64,000 nucleotides of DNA from Coraliomargarita sp. (GCA_965216325.1 OZ244160.1:1376001-1440000), one strand, 5' to 3'; shown: positions 23,001 to 35,830, numbered from the stretch's first letter. Numbers and translations are program-made. Notes: a model not told the origin generated them from the letters alone.

Positions 23001-25172
23001 CTCAGTGATATCGCCGTCTTCATCTACCGAGACACCGGCAAAGAAATCGCCAATGCCGAGAGATTCAGGCAATACAAAGTAGAAATCGGTTACGATGGAA
23101 CCCTTCGCATTCACACCATCTTCAATGATAATGTAAGACTCATCCACATCCGGAGTCAGTGGGTCGTCGACAAGCACCTGCGCCTCGTTCACGTCGCCAG
23201 TGCTCGGATCATCCGCCAACTCGACCAAATTAATCACCGAGCTGTCATTAATCGATGCCACACGAGCAAGCACATGACGTGTCGCAAAGGCACCTGCGGT
23301 TCCTGCTGGGATGGTGCCGATACCGTCATTGTGAATCGTAGTAGTCACCCGAATGACATCATTTGGTTCCAAGGGATAGTCGAGATCGCCCTCAGGTGGA
23401 TCAATGACGATATCACTGGTTTCAACACGCAAATCAGCGGCAAACAACAACGTGTCAGGCTCTTCATCAACATCATCACCGTCCGTGAGGTCATAACCGT
23501 CATTGTTCGTGTCGTCAGTTTCAACGATGTTGTTGTTCGGATCCACCCGAATCATTAGATAGTATTCACCCGCATTAATCGGCAGTGGCTCTGCTGGCGC
23601 ACCGCCATCGGTTGGAAAATCAATTACGAGTGAAGCAGCACGACTTTGGCCTGGAGACAAGTCATCCGTAATTGTGCCGGAACTCACTTCCAAGGTGTAA
23701 GCTGCAGCGTCAAAATTAGGCGTCAGGCTGAGCACCGCAGCAAACTCGATATCATCTGTGATCGTGCCGGTGCCTGTATTTCTGACGGTAGCGGTCGCGA
23801 GCAAAGATGACTCCAGACTATCTTCATCAAAGCTAGTCACAATCACCGAAGAGATGATTAAGTCAGGGATCCCGATCCCGCTATTGCCAAAACCGTCCTG
23901 AGGGTTCTGCGCGCTGCTAATTTCGCCGTTACCCAGCTGTCCTACCGTATTGAGACCTGAAGTTCGAACCACTTCTTCATCGGTAACAATAACCGAAAAA
24001 TACAATCCGGCACTCGCTGCTTCCACGGTCGTTCCGGACTCAATCTGAACTGGAGAATAGAACGTGGATTGGTCAAGGCTGTCTCCTAACTGCCAGCGAT
24101 AGTTATCCCCCCAGCCCCAAAGAGCACCACTGTCATCAACGCCCAGAACATGGTCGTAACCGATCGCAATCGAGGCCCAATCGTTTTTTGAACTCGGAAG
24201 TGCCACGGGAACTTTTTGAGTTCGCGTGCCACGGGGAAATCCATCCTGGCCCGCTAAGCCGTTACCCCAGACATACAGCTTACCATCGTAGGGGATTCCA
24301 CCCGACTCACCTTCTTTAAAGGCAAAGCAGATATTCGTCCCGGAAAAGACTTCAGTCCAATCATCGGCCTCATCGACCAGTTGCGGCTCACTAAATGGAC
24401 TATTTGGGGTGAACCCCAGGCCAAGTTGGTGCCACACACTATAGCCCCAGCTCACCAAGGCACGGTCCCCCGCACCGTCATCTCTGACAGCAATGATGTT
24501 CACAATACCGGTCGCAACCGAGCGGTAAAAGTCCGATCCAACACGGGCTGGAATCGCTACGATATTATGACCGTTCTCCGCATCGCCAACTCCGTTATTT
24601 TCGTCAGGATAGTCAATCTCCTGTCCCAGTTGTCCATGCGTGTTATCACCCCACGCCCACAGTTCACCATCGCTGGTCAGCGCAAACGAAAATTGCCCAC
24701 CAGCTGCCACACGAACACATTCAGCGGGCAGGCCAATCACTTGAACCGGAATCTCGCTATCAGTTGTCGTGCCATTACCGAGTTGACCACGCTCATTGCT
24801 TCCCCAAGCCCAGACAGTGCCATCTTCTTTGACACCCAGCGCATGCCGATTACTGCTACTCTTGGGGTCTCCGCCATTACTTGGCGAGACCGCGATGTGC
24901 ACCCAAGGCGTATCCGATTCGATCAGCAATGGATCCGCGCTGAAACCACCAATCTCGGCAACTCCGAGCTGGCCAGCACTGTTGGAACCAAAGGAATATA
25001 AATTGCCCCCGGCATCGAGGACGATCGAGAAATCCTCGCCAGATACCACTTGTGGTCTCTCTGGCGACGTAACGGTGACTTGCCCGTATACAGAACAGGC
25101 AAGCAAGCCTGAAACAACCGAGACTCCCAGCTGTTTCAGATGCTCTTTAAAGCTGAACTTCATGGTCATCAT
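17007..25172 (-). CDS. giant acidic secreted protein: RCC1/BLIP-II propeller, multiple CARDB domains, beta-sandwich repeats, Ca-binding DxDxDG repeats
   Basis: Signal peptide; WAWGxNxxGQLG repeats; repeated PDLxV..NxG..VDxxNxIxExxExNN; six DYDxDGxxNLxE..GTDP repeats at the C-terminus. Confidence 0.85.
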   Translation of the reverse strand: MMTMKFSFKEHLKQLGVSVVSGLLACSVYGQVTVTSPERPQVVSGEDFSIVLDAGGNLYSFGSNSAGQLGVAEIGGFSADPLLIESDTPWVHIAVSPSNGGDPKSSSNRHALGVKEDGTVWAWGSNERGQLGNGTTTDSEIPVQVIGLPAECVRVAAGGQFSFALTSDGELWAWGDNTHGQLGQEIDYPDENNGVGDAENGHNIVAIPARVGSDFYRSVATGIVNIIAVRDDGAGDRALVSWGYSVWHQLGLGFTPNSPFSEPQLVDEADDWTEVFSGTNICFAFKEGESGGIPYDGKLYVWGNGLAGQDGFPRGTRTQKVPVALPSSKNDWASIAIGYDHVLGVDDSGALWGWGDNYRWQLGDSLDQSTFYSPVQIESGTTVEAASAGLYFSVIVTDEEVVRTSGLNTVGQLGNGEISSAQNPQDGFGNSGIGIPDLIISSVIVTSFDEDSLESSLLATATVRNTGTGTITDDIEFAAVLSLTPNFDAAAYTLEVSSGTITDDLSPGQSRAASLVIDFPTDGGAPAEPLPINAGEYYLMIRVDPNNNIVETDDTNNDGYDLTDGDDVDEEPDTLLFAADLRVETSDIVIDPPEGDLDYPLEPNDVIRVTTTIHNDGIGTIPAGTAGAFATRHVLARVASINDSSVINLVELADDPSTGDVNEAQVLVDDPLTPDVDESYIIIEDGVNAKGSIVTDFYFVLPESLGIGDFFAGVSVDEDGDITESDETNNVAFTATNFIQVTGLDLSFVLNDVLVSGSAPSNPNPGDPVNDDADPDFTTDGDAAWYGTLIADRVNGNAAVSPAIGVGQIAQIKIELDEVSRVTFDWKSDTSSSDNKLTFGFFGASAEQRAEISGVTDWQTVSIIVPAGTTLIWQYTEDADAADDEVFLDNIIIEEGVTLPDFAVDTVELTSEQQPIDSGSYVLRRDRLGVNIVLANFGADHNPADSATFDYAIYLSPDSSFDPNADYLIESIEFTQNFDNGPLSLGIGSYELPETIPGGDYYLMVVVDEDNRVPESGEPVDPADATGANVQANNLFVSELAVVTIQALSDLTVTNIQPNPGPKGDPTTDIANVGDDLDFALTLENLGLEAINFGTDIKVRIIFSDDANLDDSDYIFGEFNYDGGLAEAGEAGDSRLYEPNQATVPNNIPIGEFLFFGVVIDPDNEFEEINEDNNVKFYQNPYFMFEEVSLEEAAELSGDAIRTETVAFEGDRPWIGQKSTFFNVEGNDDAAMSSVVGDGGIASFETVITPETDTVISFRWKVSSERVIVDGLLKADWLRVYVNDTLVGQIAGEQDWQEFRYAVDGGQTYTVRWSYEKDDDGEAGQDRGWVDQFVSTAPDLQVSDISITSDLSLGLSPGNDLEFDVTVINDSADAVPATPTYTLHARLSQDNQWGGSDDVELIIDPAVESSGELAANGTAVYSISVPIPPNFAEPGEYYLAVRVDPDPATNDDPVNGPGAIAESNDNNNTTFSDAGDLITIEPDISLVEALELDSVSPVPVLSTGGDASWYGIQNPALGSLPPGTSGAGLNDIASAGGVGALQESYFETLLEGPQIVKFRWKVDSAPAANYLEVSVNGVLEERISGRVDWDFGYGPFTISYDGETTAQIRAHASALEVQEALNDLTTITSSGGVVVTAPDDFSYEITFVVSGNQTGNMTFNALEPLRIGNSSLSTTTQGADSIQEVRLLSIDPNVGFTLSYQGESTDQIPYYATPAEVETALDALSTIVAAGGVSVALHTNAETSPEAGESVLDFVISFDVVGERELIEVNPAGLRQPVTIEAELYSDRFRGTQEGQLGTDSDVQIQPLRIGPEITIFIPAGPGAQLVRWSYRKTASAGDYLDTAYIDQVELIEFTDATPELTAELVLTDLDYVAGTYVLDVGAINGAPDQKLGTETLDITVQAQNQGRDLDPTVDVFTSADLEVRLSTDRIYGNVDDIVLGSFTQVEGSFESGQFMSFLGGLPLGDHIPENDYYLIVKIDANDRVDEFSSSNNIVITDNPDVRVERKPRLLIYDGLNDPNVFGNEEAFYVDVVEYDEAKLYYPEAPMRLEMEIQNVGLDDLFDADGRLLSWRVNYQLGFVDREELSNALSAGGGIDEFENAITGYLDLGSTTIAEAMEGRRLSAPDGDRVILDIEFTLPTGGRMVQIFAEDKGITDYTYFIQITVDADDTVDESGEVNVWKNVDLIDVDNTTFPIADVDDGLFSMFASAPTNAAAWGNVYGVVADADSADPEEVDNFLAYAFNRNPASGVTTGGQFPGTYGVDTLESEDYLTVTFDLVTRSNDLAYIVEASNGVDFTAGNLISALTIAPPFDSLVGSNSLTGEGGLIDQVGAAGDGQENPEDLIHVVAVVDEGSSARVTLRYPTTVADTLNGFMRVVVESRVPSMFASDVVTFVSNALSEIPDSDPAPLNPELSPEGDYDADGINNLIELMYGTNPKDDTETPTLSDPEDSFVAEQFAVLGIYEVDMLDIAAADDYDGDGSSNLAEVIVGTDPDNFSDQPNALQVFVADAFDTAGVLTTQNTQPDSDYDQDGVSNIREIYSGTDLTVADGVSPAVDAHVIVQMAVLGVVAGPVGARDDFDLDGVNNLTEIQFGSNPIDNSSVTGASEADIFVAEEMAELGVLGSVTADPIFTPAVDVGSTDDNDLDTENNLIELLLGTDPTNGASTPVVLAVDRIIAEEMALRGALGVGIDNIAYDDDYDLDGVSNLDEWIAGTDPTDPTE

Positions 25173-25186
25173 GGGTTGACTTTCTA

Positions 25187-27175
25187 CTAGTTGGCGCTGG
25201 TGCGTTGCTCAGATTGGCGAATCTCGTCGCCCCCTTCCAATGCCTCAATTTGCGCCCGCAACTCGGCAATCTTTTTAGCACGCTTGGCTTCTTCCCGAAT
25301 TTCTTCGAGGCGTTCCAGCAGTTCGCGCTCTTCGTTCCCCATTCGGTCTTCACCTGATTGGAAATAATAACCCGGCAAGTCCGAATCTTCGAGGCCCATG
25401 GCGTCGAACATACGCGGGTCAACCACTTCGCGATAGTCCGCACCTTCCGGATTCAGTGTCTTCGCGGTAATAAATACGATCAAGTTACGAGTCCCGACAG
25501 AATCGGAATCGCTGCGGAACAAACGTCCGATACCAGGCAGATCACCCAAGACCGGCACCTTGGTATCTTCATCCGACTGACGACGCTCGGCGAGGCCACC
25601 CAGCGCAAGTGTATAGCCGTCTTTGATAATGACCTCCGTCATGACACTACGCTCGTCGATAATAGGGTCCTGCGCACCGAAACTTTCAACGGTTCCCGCC
25701 AGCGCGCTCACCTTTGGCAAGACGCTCAAATGGATATTTCCACCAAGCACTTCAGGCGTCACATTCAAGTTGATACCAATGAACTCTTTCTCGAGGCCAC
25801 CAGCTTCGTAGGTGCCGGTTTCCTGGTTGAAGGTAATTTCACGGATCGGATACTGCTGACCGACTTCGAAATTGGCTTCACGCTTGTTCATGACGACCAC
25901 AGTTGGATTGGATACCAGTTCGGAATCATTGATTGTTTCCAATGCAGAAAGCACCACTTGGAACTGATCCGCATTAAAGACTGCGGTATCCAAGCGAGAC
26001 GTCCCACTAATACTGCTACCCACGTCAGTTATCGTGTCCGTGAACGTTTCGCTATCAGGTTGGCCGGTAGTCTCAGTAAAACTATCGCTGGTATCGTTGC
26101 CAGTTGTGGTCGTTGAAGTTCGCTCACGAGTCCAATCGCGCTGCCATGGACCGGCGGAGACCTGATAACCATCCAGTGAAGCCCAGTTCACGCCGATATT
26201 CTTGATATCCTGATCGAAGACTTCGATGAACTTGGTTTCGATCATGATCTGATCGGTGGCTTTATCGATCGCATCGATCAGATTTCGAATCTTCTGAATT
26301 TGTGTCGGGCGCTCAGTGATAATGAGCAAATTCTTACGTGAATCCGCGACCATTTGCCCGCCCGCAGCACTATCTACCAGTGGCTGCACCGAACTCATGA
26401 TATCATCGGCACGTGCATACTGAATCGCGACGACGGTTGTCGTTACTGGCTCTGCAGCGATATCTTCAATACTCTTGATCTTAATAATATTGCGATCTTC
26501 AACATAGGCATAGCCAAGCGGCTCGAGCACCACATCATAAACATCACGCCAAGTAATATTGTGCAGTTTAATCGAAGTGCGCCCGACCAATCCATCCGGA
26601 ATCACGACGTTGAGGTCGAACAGCTCCGCCACATTCAAGATGATTGTGCGCACATCTTCATCAGGGAAGTCCACCGAGATCGTTTCCTCTTCCGCCATGG
26701 TCGCTCCCGAGGCATCGGTTACATTGCCTGGCATTTCCAAGACCACTTCAGTATCCGAGGACAATTCTTTGGTTACAGTCGGAATCTCAGGCTCGGTTGC
26801 GATCACCTCAGCGCCATCCACCGGCACCTCGGGAATTTCAACCACCATCGGGACCTCCTCTTCAGGCTCGCCGAGCGAAAGTTCAACTTCCTCGACCACC
26901 TCATCCACGGCCTCAGCAGTCTCATCAGCGGCCTCAGCAACCTCATCCGTTGCCTCTACAGCGTCACCCACAGCCACCTCGACTACAGCAACTTCAGGCA
27001 CCTCCACATCGTCAACGACTTCGACATTTACTGGCTCCGGCGCGTCGTCTACCGCTGGCGCATCTTCAATGATCACCACATCAGATAGGTCAATCTCTTC
27101 AATAGCAGGCGTTTCCTGAGCATAGAGGACAAACGGAGCTGCGAGCATAAGATATGCGAATGTAAGCTTTTTCAT
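25187..27175 (-). CDS. secretin (PilQ/GspD family)
   Basis: [12 protein letters not shown]0 domain, [42 protein letters not shown] motifs. Confidence 0.92.
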   Translation of the reverse strand: MKKLTFAYLMLAAPFVLYAQETPAIEEIDLSDVVIIEDAPAVDDAPEPVNVEVVDDVEVPEVAVVEVAVGDAVEATDEVAEAADETAEAVDEVVEEVELSLGEPEEEVPMVVEIPEVPVDGAEVIATEPEIPTVTKELSSDTEVVLEMPGNVTDASGATMAEEETISVDFPDEDVRTIILNVAELFDLNVVIPDGLVGRTSIKLHNITWRDVYDVVLEPLGYAYVEDRNIIKIKSIEDIAAEPVTTTVVAIQYARADDIMSSVQPLVDSAAGGQMVADSRKNLLIITERPTQIQKIRNLIDAIDKATDQIMIETKFIEVFDQDIKNIGVNWASLDGYQVSAGPWQRDWTRERTSTTTTGNDTSDSFTETTGQPDSETFTDTITDVGSSISGTSRLDTAVFNADQFQVVLSALETINDSELVSNPTVVVMNKREANFEVGQQYPIREITFNQETGTYEAGGLEKEFIGINLNVTPEVLGGNIHLSVLPKVSALAGTVESFGAQDPIIDERSVMTEVIIKDGYTLALGGLAERRQSDEDTKVPVLGDLPGIGRLFRSDSDSVGTRNLIVFITAKTLNPEGADYREVVDPRMFDAMGLEDSDLPGYYFQSGEDRMGNEERELLERLEEIREEAKRAKKIAELRAQIEALEGGDEIRQSEQRTSAN

Positions 27176-27238
27176 AAGGCAATGATGGTTAGCGGTCGAA
27201 ATGTTTGTTAGTTTGTAAATTGGTTAGCAACGGCGTGA

Positions 27239-27832
27239 CTAGTCTTCGTCGATTTGTATGGAACCTTTGGATACGGCGCCATCTTCATAAGGAAAGCTGC
27301 GAACTACCTCTCCAAGCCGGAGCGAAAAGCTATCCTCAGCGATTTCAGCAAGTGTGATTGTAAACGGCTCCTCTCGCGCCTCAGGGAGACGAACCGGGAA
27401 CTTTGCTCCCGGCTTCATCAAGCCCCCTTTTTGCAATTGAATATAATACTGGCCGCCCATCCCCATGGTGCCGCCGATTTGTTTGGTGAAGCTCTTAGCG
27501 ACCGCATTCAGAATCGCCCCCTCGTCGTAAACGACACGAACCTTTGGCTTAACTGGCTCCGGACTTTCATCGACTGGCTCGGGCTCATCCACCTCTCGCG
27601 CCTTTTCAAAAGTATACGGATTGTGTAATTCGACCAACATTGCGTCAAAGCTCCCGTCGTCATGCTTTGACAGATACTGATCAGCAACCGCGAGTAAGTT
27701 ACCACGCACTGTTGGCGTGACCACTTTGTCCTTGCGACCACCGAGATTGATGTTGGAGGCCGCAAGCAGTGAATTCGCTAGCAAGCACGCGCCGAGGCTC
27801 AATAAGAAATAAGTCTGAAGCTTTCCTCGCAT
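27239..27832 (-). CDS. exported pilus-assembly-associated protein (PilP position)
   Basis: Signal peptide; lies between the PilO-like gene and the secretin; ATG at 27832. Confidence 0.6.
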   Translation of the reverse strand: MRGKLQTYFLLSLGACLLANSLLAASNINLGGRKDKVVTPTVRGNLLAVADQYLSKHDDGSFDAMLVELHNPYTFEKAREVDEPEPVDESPEPVKPKVRVVYDEGAILNAVAKSFTKQIGGTMGMGGQYYIQLQKGGLMKPGAKFPVRLPEAREEPFTITLAEIAEDSFSLRLGEVVRSFPYEDGAVSKGSIQIDED

Positions 27833-27833
27833 C

Positions 27834-28424
27834 TTAAGCGTCTCCCTTCTCGGCCAAGGCAAATACTTGCAGGCGCATTCTCAAATCAGCATCGATTCCT
27901 CGTTCTTCCTCATCTGCATGCGAGACATCAAACGCAGATACGCGAATGATTGCCTCCGACTGGTCCAACTCCTGCAGGAAATTGACCACATCCACAAAAA
28001 CGCCTTCGACATCCAGATCATAACCAATCACAGAGTGAAGTTTCAGCTCTTTAGGCCCCTTTTTATCATATAACTCCGGCACATTCTGGCGCTGAGTTAC
28101 TTGATCCACGGAGACATCAAACTCATCGGCCTTCTCAAAACGATAAAAGAATTTTGAATTCTTCACCAAATCACTGCGCGCAAAGATGCGCTCAGCAAGG
28201 CGAGCTGTTTGCTCTTCAAGTTCCGCAACATCGGCTTCGAGCCCATTCGAAGAACGCTGATTGTCTTTAATGACTTTGCGACGCGACTCCAACTCGTCTT
28301 CTTGCAACTGCAAGCTCTCAACGACGCCCCCACGCAAAAAGACGATGCCCCCCATCACCAGCACACCTGCCGCACAGATGCTAGCGATCGGATATTTCTT
28401 AAATATTTCCAAATTCATACTCAT
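27834..28424 (-). CDS. PilO-like pilus assembly protein
   Basis: N-terminal TM, coiled coil, GxFxDVVNFLQELDQSEAIIRV PilO/GspM-like motif. Confidence 0.7.
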   Translation of the reverse strand: MSMNLEIFKKYPIASICAAGVLVMGGIVFLRGGVVESLQLQEDELESRRKVIKDNQRSSNGLEADVAELEEQTARLAERIFARSDLVKNSKFFYRFEKADEFDVSVDQVTQRQNVPELYDKKGPKELKLHSVIGYDLDVEGVFVDVVNFLQELDQSEAIIRVSAFDVSHADEEERGIDADLRMRLQVFALAEKGDA

Positions 28425-28432
28425 CCTTTCGC

Positions 28433-29101
28433 CTATTTGCTGGCCTTTGCGGCGGGTGACAGACGTATCGTTAAGACGTATGGGAACAGGTTCGAACCGT
28501 CATCCTTCCCCCCCATATCCTCAGTGATTTTGGTATCAAACCCGTCCACTTGAAAATATTCCGATTCGCGCAGCGATGTTTTAAACAAATCGAAGGTATC
28601 GAGATGCTTCTCATGCACTTCCCCGTCGATTCGGATCTGATATTCGACCACCTTGGTGACCGTTTTAACCTTGGACCCCGGAGTTCTCTTGGATCGGGTC
28701 GCAATTTCCTCGGACATCGAAACTTCCGTAAAGAGCAGCTCCTCCTGTTTCAAGCGCGCCAACTCCACCATCAACTCGTGTGCATAAAACGGCACGTCGT
28801 AGAAGGTGTTCATCTCCAGAATATACTTTCCCGCATCTCTGAATTGCTCGCTTTGCTTGATGTAGATCCGATCATCTGGCTCCGCCAGGCGAATCTCCTC
28901 TTCCAGCGAGGCGATTCGCCCCTTCAATGCCCATGCACGATACTCCCGCTGCAGCACGAAAACCGTAATCAATGCCAGCACCACAACGGAAAATACATTC
29001 ACCAGGAAGTCAGTCCGAACAACCTTGATATCCGGCAAAGTGGCCGGATCACGAAAGTCCGGGCGCCAGTAAGGCTGCATATCCTTATTTTTGCTACTCA
29101 C
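28433..29101 (-). CDS. PilN-like pilus assembly protein
   Basis: Single TM, coiled coil and periplasmic domain; overlaps the pilM-like stop. Confidence 0.6.
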   Translation of the reverse strand: MSSKNKDMQPYWRPDFRDPATLPDIKVVRTDFLVNVFSVVVLALITVFVLQREYRAWALKGRIASLEEEIRLAEPDDRIYIKQSEQFRDAGKYILEMNTFYDVPFYAHELMVELARLKQEELLFTEVSMSEEIATRSKRTPGSKVKTVTKVVEYQIRIDGEVHEKHLDTFDLFKTSLRESEYFQVDGFDTKITEDMGGKDDGSNLFPYVLTIRLSPAAKASK

Positions 29102-30143
29102 TGACGGCCTCCTCTCTCAACTGAAATTCGCCCATCAAACTGAAAACACCCAGCCAACGGGACCCCAGATTCGCAACTTCAACACTTTCGGCCATCGTCA
29201 CGTTCAAACTCTTCATCCACCCTTCAATATCAGGACGTAAAACCTCCAAGCCCAAGGCATCCGACACAGTCTTGGTAATCCAACTTAAATTCTTCGGCAA
29301 TACACTCAACAACACGTGCTCAATCGTCTGCCCCGTCTGAACCTCATAAAAGCCAGCGGTAGCCTGTAATTCCTTAGTTACACGGCGCAGCAACTTTGGC
29401 CCCATCTCGGCGAAATCGAAGGTATTCGAATAAAACAGCTTCCTGCCCGACTCCTCATCCTTTAGCCCCAACTCACGCTGCAACAAGGGATAAATGCTAT
29501 CCAAGCCATACGGAATCGGGCGAGCGACTTCCACATGCCCATCACGCTGAATAAAGATATTGGCAGATTTTGACGTCAGTTCCAAACACAGGACTGGCGT
29601 CTTCATACGGCTAAAACGAGCATAATCACACACACCACCCAAGGTCGACACCGTGCCAAGCTCCATACGGTCCGGATACAAGCCCATCTCCAACAAGGCT
29701 GCCTGAGAATCATGCAGTGCATCGTTGGGCGCACCACAGAAAACCAAGCGTTTAGAGACCGAAACCGACGGATCATAGTCCGAACCGTCCGATGCATTCA
29801 AGATCGAGACATTATTCTCATCCGGATCGATATTGAACTCATCATTCAAAACCTCGACCAAATGCCCCATGTCCTTGGCCTTACTCGCAGATTCCGCCTC
29901 ATAAAAGCGCGCAAAACGCCCCTCAGGATAGACCCCACAGCGCGACACGTGGTAGGCCGCCCCCTTGAAGTCGACGACCTCCTCCAGAAAGTCGCGCACC
30001 ACATCCGGGCCCTCACCTCCGCTCAGAGGCATTTCTTGAATTTCCTCAACTACCATCGGGAGCTTATAGCCAGAGGTCCTCGCAACGAGGATCGAGTATT
30101 CAGAGACATCTACAAAGAGACCTTTAGTCTTCGGTTTCAGCAT
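29094..30143 (-). CDS. PilM-like (actin-fold) pilus assembly protein
   Basis: [28 protein letters not shown] resemble PilM; first gene of a secretin operon. Confidence 0.7.
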   Translation of the reverse strand: MLKPKTKGLFVDVSEYSILVARTSGYKLPMVVEEIQEMPLSGGEGPDVVRDFLEEVVDFKGAAYHVSRCGVYPEGRFARFYEAESASKAKDMGHLVEVLNDEFNIDPDENNVSILNASDGSDYDPSVSVSKRLVFCGAPNDALHDSQAALLEMGLYPDRMELGTVSTLGGVCDYARFSRMKTPVLCLELTSKSANIFIQRDGHVEVARPIPYGLDSIYPLLQRELGLKDEESGRKLFYSNTFDFAEMGPKLLRRVTKELQATAGFYEVQTGQTIEHVLLSVLPKNLSWITKTVSDALGLEVLRPDIEGWMKSLNVTMAESVEVANLGSRWLGVFSLMGEFQLREEAVSE

Positions 30144-30441
30144 ACCTTTTGCTAGGCGAGTAGCGAATGTCGTTTGTTAAGTTAGGAGCAGTTATCAGAA
30201 TAAAGCGACACACGGCCGCCTGACTGTAGAACGATGATGGCAAGATCCCCCTTCAAGCAAGTTAAAAAACGGCCTCAATGCCCTCTAAGCCTCTCAATTA
30301 AAAGATATTTACAAACACCTGGGCTAGACCTCCCTGCCAACTACGAGCGATCGCTCATTTACGCGCTACGGTAGATCACCTACTTCACATGACTCATCAT
30401 AACACGCAGGCAAGTAAGCAAAGATCACCTATACATGAAGC

Positions 30442-30474
30442 AAAAAAAAACGGCTCCACAAATGGAGCCGTTTT
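30442..30474. terminator. intrinsic terminator after the small basic-protein gene
   Basis: A run-CGGCTCCA-caaa-TGGAGCCG-TTTT. Confidence 0.8.
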
Positions 30475-30517
30475 GCAAAATTCGAATCGGTTGTCGGCAC
30501 AATACCGCACGACCAAA

Positions 30518-30613
<96 letters not shown>

Positions 30614-30722
30614 GACTTTGAAATACGTGTTTGATTTTTAGAAAGAGGGCGAAAGAAACAGAATTCACGAGCCTGTAAAGCGTTTTCTGCAAAAGTCCTA
30701 AATCCCCCACTGCCACCAGCTT

Positions 30723-31421
30723 TCAGGATCTTGCCAAGATTTTGCGCAAAAACAGCGCCCGATGCACTGGACTCGGGCCGTGCTCCAACAAGGCTTCCCG
30801 GTGCGCCCTAGTACCATAGCCCTTATGGCCCCCAAAGCCATATTGTGGGTATTCTTGCGCGATGCGTAGCATCTCTTGATCGCGAACCACCTTAGCCGCC
30901 ACACTCGCCATAGCAATTGCAAGAGACTTGCCGTCCCCCTTCACGATGCCTTCATGCACATACGGAAAGGGCCTCAAGGGCCGGCCATCCACAATCAGAC
31001 GCACCGCACCATCTGCAAATAGCGGCCCCGCAGACGCCAACTCTGGCAACACCCAGTTGCTCGCTCGGCCCGCGAGAGCCTCCACGGCACGCCGCATCGC
31101 CAGGCGCGTGGCACCCAAAATATTCAACTCGCCAATCTCATCAACGCTCCCCTGTGCCGTTTCAAAATCCAACAGCCCCTCTCTACGCAGCTCGCACAGT
31201 AAATCATACTGCACCTCCCGGGAGCCCTCACTCAACTGCTTAGAATCGTTAATCAGGCCACTGCGCCCAATTACAGACTCCGACTCAAAAAAGGCTTTCG
31301 ACAGCACACAGGCGCCTGCAACGACCGGCCCTGCAAGCGGACCACGCCCAGCCTCATCAATCCCAATCAACCAATCGGAATCAGCCAGCAACTCACTATC
31401 ATGCACTTGAAGTGGATTCAC
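30723..31421 (-). CDS. rnhB: ribonuclease HII
   Basis: GIDEAGRGPLAGPV, NDSKQL, VKGDGKS, HKGYGT motifs. Confidence 0.96.
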   Translation of the reverse strand: MNPLQVHDSELLADSDWLIGIDEAGRGPLAGPVVAGACVLSKAFFESESVIGRSGLINDSKQLSEGSREVQYDLLCELRREGLLDFETAQGSVDEIGELNILGATRLAMRRAVEALAGRASNWVLPELASAGPLFADGAVRLIVDGRPLRPFPYVHEGIVKGDGKSLAIAMASVAAKVVRDQEMLRIAQEYPQYGFGGHKGYGTRAHREALLEHGPSPVHRALFLRKILARS

Positions 31422-31469
31422 CGCCTAAACATCCGCGGCGAATCCACAAAGCACAAGCAGAGATTCGCT

Positions 31470-33301
<1,832 letters not shown>

Positions 33302-33302
<1 letters not shown>

Positions 33303-33574
33303 TACACCTGCTCCTCCTCTGTGTATCCGTGCTTCTTGTCCAAGCGATTCATCAAGACCGCATAGACGATCAGAATCAGCACAAAGCAGATGATCGAGCC
33401 CTGCTGCGCCATCCAGAATCCGAACGGCGCATTTCCAATTGATGGCAGGTTCGCATCCATCCAGTCACGGAGTAGGATAGCACATCCAAAGCTCACAACA
33501 AACCAGACAGCAAGCAGGCTAAGAGTAATTTTTAAACAGGCACGACGGTGCGCGCGCGGGTGGTCAGCGTTCAT
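33302..33574 (-). CDS. DUF4212-type small membrane protein (SSS partner)
   Basis: [12 protein letters not shown] motif; translationally coupled to the symporter. Confidence 0.88.
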
Positions 33575-33718
33575 CAGGTAGCGGGTTTGAGGTAGTATTA
33601 ACGGAACTGTTGCTACCTATTCACCTGCTATGTGCAAGCGCGAAGAAACATAGAAGCGGCATCTTAGCTGCAGAGGGCATTGTCGCACTGCCGTGCCCGC
33701 AGGCCCGCGCCCTCCCCA

Positions 33719-34984
33719 CTAAGGTAAGGCAACTTCGTTCGCCCAGAGCGCGTCCGGATCCTGACGCTTACGAATTAAGTGCGCCTGATTCGACTCATCA
33801 AGCATCACCTCTGCGGCCTCCGGATACGAGTTGTAGTGCTTAGTCGTCATCGCCGAGCAGTATGCACCTGCGCCATCAATCACGCAAAGGTCACCAATCT
33901 CTGCCACCGGCAGCGTGCGCGTTGCCAGCAACTCTGGGTCACCAGGCGCAGGAGTGAGAATATCACCCGACTCACAGCAGTGACCTGCAATCATATAATC
34001 GCAGGTTTCACCCGTTGGCGCGCCCTTAAGAATATGGATCGGATGTTGCGCACCGTAGAGCGAGGGACGCAACACTTCGGTCATCCCAGTGTTGAGCTTC
34101 AAGAATTCGTAGCCCTGCGGCCCCGTGGAAACCTTATCCTGAACGACCGACAAGACCGAACACGCGTTCGCGACGAGATAGGTGCCTGGCTCAATTTCGA
34201 GATGAATTTCACGCCCAGTCTCGGCGGCGAATGCTTCGAACAGCTCCTTGACCGGCGCACCACAGACCTGCAGGTCGGTACCAACCTCTTCCGGCATACG
34301 GGCGACCTTGTAGCCACCGCCCAAGTTCAAGTTCGTGACGTCCGGGAAGTAACGTAACAAGTCCAGGCTCATCTTTGAAGTCTTTTGCCACACGGCAGGA
34401 TCACTGCCCGAACCGATGTGCGTGTGGATGCGGATGACCTTGAGATCATACTGAGCAACCAACTCCTTTACCTCATCAATCCACTCGTGCCAGATACCAA
34501 AGCTCGACGCTGGACCACCAACATTCGTGCGGTTGTTGCCACCGGAACCTGCACCCGGATTGAAGCGCAGACCGATGCGACGCCCAGGGCAGGCCTGACC
34601 AAAACGTTGCAACTGATTAATCGAGCAGGCATTAATCTCAATGCCCGCCTCATACAGCTCAGCAAAATCCTCCGGCAGCTCCTGCGTGCTCAGACTGATT
34701 TTCTCCGGTGCATACCCCGCAGCGATCGCACGACGCACTTCGTAACCAGAGCTCGCGTCGATGTGCAAGCCCGCCTCGTTGAACAGCTTTAGAATCGCAG
34801 CATTCGGCGACGCCTTCATCGCATAACGCGCGGTCAGACCAAACGCATTGGGAAACGCCAATACATCTGCCGCATTCGCTCTGAGGCTGGCCATGTCATA
34901 AACATAGACCGGCGAACCGAACTGATCGGCGATCGAACGTGCTGTGCTGTAGTCGAGAAATCGTGGCTGAGTCGTAGTGGACAT
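33719..34984 (-). CDS. lysA: diaminopimelate decarboxylase
   Basis: YAMKA, DASSGYE, HTHIGSG, LGGG, EPG, CCESGD, GAGAY motifs. Confidence 0.93.
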   Translation of the reverse strand: MSTTTQPRFLDYSTARSIADQFGSPVYVYDMASLRANAADVLAFPNAFGLTARYAMKASPNAAILKLFNEAGLHIDASSGYEVRRAIAAGYAPEKISLSTQELPEDFAELYEAGIEINACSINQLQRFGQACPGRRIGLRFNPGAGSGGNNRTNVGGPASSFGIWHEWIDEVKELVAQYDLKVIRIHTHIGSGSDPAVWQKTSKMSLDLLRYFPDVTNLNLGGGYKVARMPEEVGTDLQVCGAPVKELFEAFAAETGREIHLEIEPGTYLVANACSVLSVVQDKVSTGPQGYEFLKLNTGMTEVLRPSLYGAQHPIHILKGAPTGETCDYMIAGHCCESGDILTPAPGDPELLATRTLPVAEIGDLCVIDGAGAYCSAMTTKHYNSYPEAAEVMLDESNQAHLIRKRQDPDALWANEVALP

Positions 34985-35078
34985 GGGCGCAAAGAAAGTC
35001 GCCTACCCGCCGCTGGCAAGTGCGGAGTGCTCAAAGAGGGTCTCGCTCAACTCCTATACGAACTCGATTCCTAGCAAA

Positions 35079-35147
35079 CTCCCCTCCTTGACGAGGCGGG
35101 GTGACCGCTTGACGGTCGGGGTGGTGCCGTCAGTTAAGCCCCACCCT
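35079..35147. repeat. palindromic intergenic repeat (CTCCCCTCCTT..GGGG type)
   Basis: CTCCCCTCCTTGACGAGGCGGGGTGACCGCTTGACGGTCGGGGTGG..CCCCACCC. Confidence 0.4.
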
Positions 35148-35152
35148 CACAG

Positions 35153-35800
35153 TCACTCGACACCTTCACTCTCCGCATACCAACTGGTCACCATATCGCG
35201 AATGGCTTCCTCGGAATCCGCCTCCTTGAAACTCAGCGATGCCGAATTGATGCAGTAGCGCAGGCCAGTCGGCTTGGGGCCATCCGGAAAAACGTGCCCT
35301 TGATGTGAACCACACACCGCACAGTGCACTTCAGTTCGCACCATACCGTAGCTGGTGTCACGATGCTCACCGAGCGTGCGCTCATCCAGCGGGCGTGTAA
35401 AACTCGGCCAACCGGTGCCGGAATCAAACTTGTCGGTGCTGCTAAACAGTGGCACATCACAACCGACGCAGCTATACAGCCCCATCTTCTTGTTGTCGTG
35501 ATAGGGATTGCGAAACGGACGCTCGGTGCCCTGCTCACGCGCGACATGATACTGCAAATCTGTCAGGCGGGCACGCCATTCTGCTTCGCTACGCTTAACA
35601 GGATAATCCCCACTATCGAGGTCAACATGCGATGGCAGAGCACATGCGGAGGCACACTCACTTATATTCAAATTTTCATCTCCAGTCATAGGAATATCGG
35701 TTTTATCAGGCTTAGCCGCTAAAATAACAGAGAATACAACGCCCGCAACCAAGGCGAACGCTATCGGATAAATACGAGGAATTTGAGGGTCAGGATTCAT
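35153..35800 (-). CDS. msrB: peptide-methionine (R)-S-oxide reductase, exported
   Basis: [31 protein letters not shown] motifs; N-terminal TM/signal. Confidence 0.95.
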   Translation of the reverse strand: MNPDPQIPRIYPIAFALVAGVVFSVILAAKPDKTDIPMTGDENLNISECASACALPSHVDLDSGDYPVKRSEAEWRARLTDLQYHVAREQGTERPFRNPYHDNKKMGLYSCVGCDVPLFSSTDKFDSGTGWPSFTRPLDERTLGEHRDTSYGMVRTEVHCAVCGSHQGHVFPDGPKPTGLRYCINSASLSFKEADSEEAIRDMVTSWYAESEGVE

Positions 35801-35830
35801 GATGTCAGTTCGACACACTCACGGCAGGTT

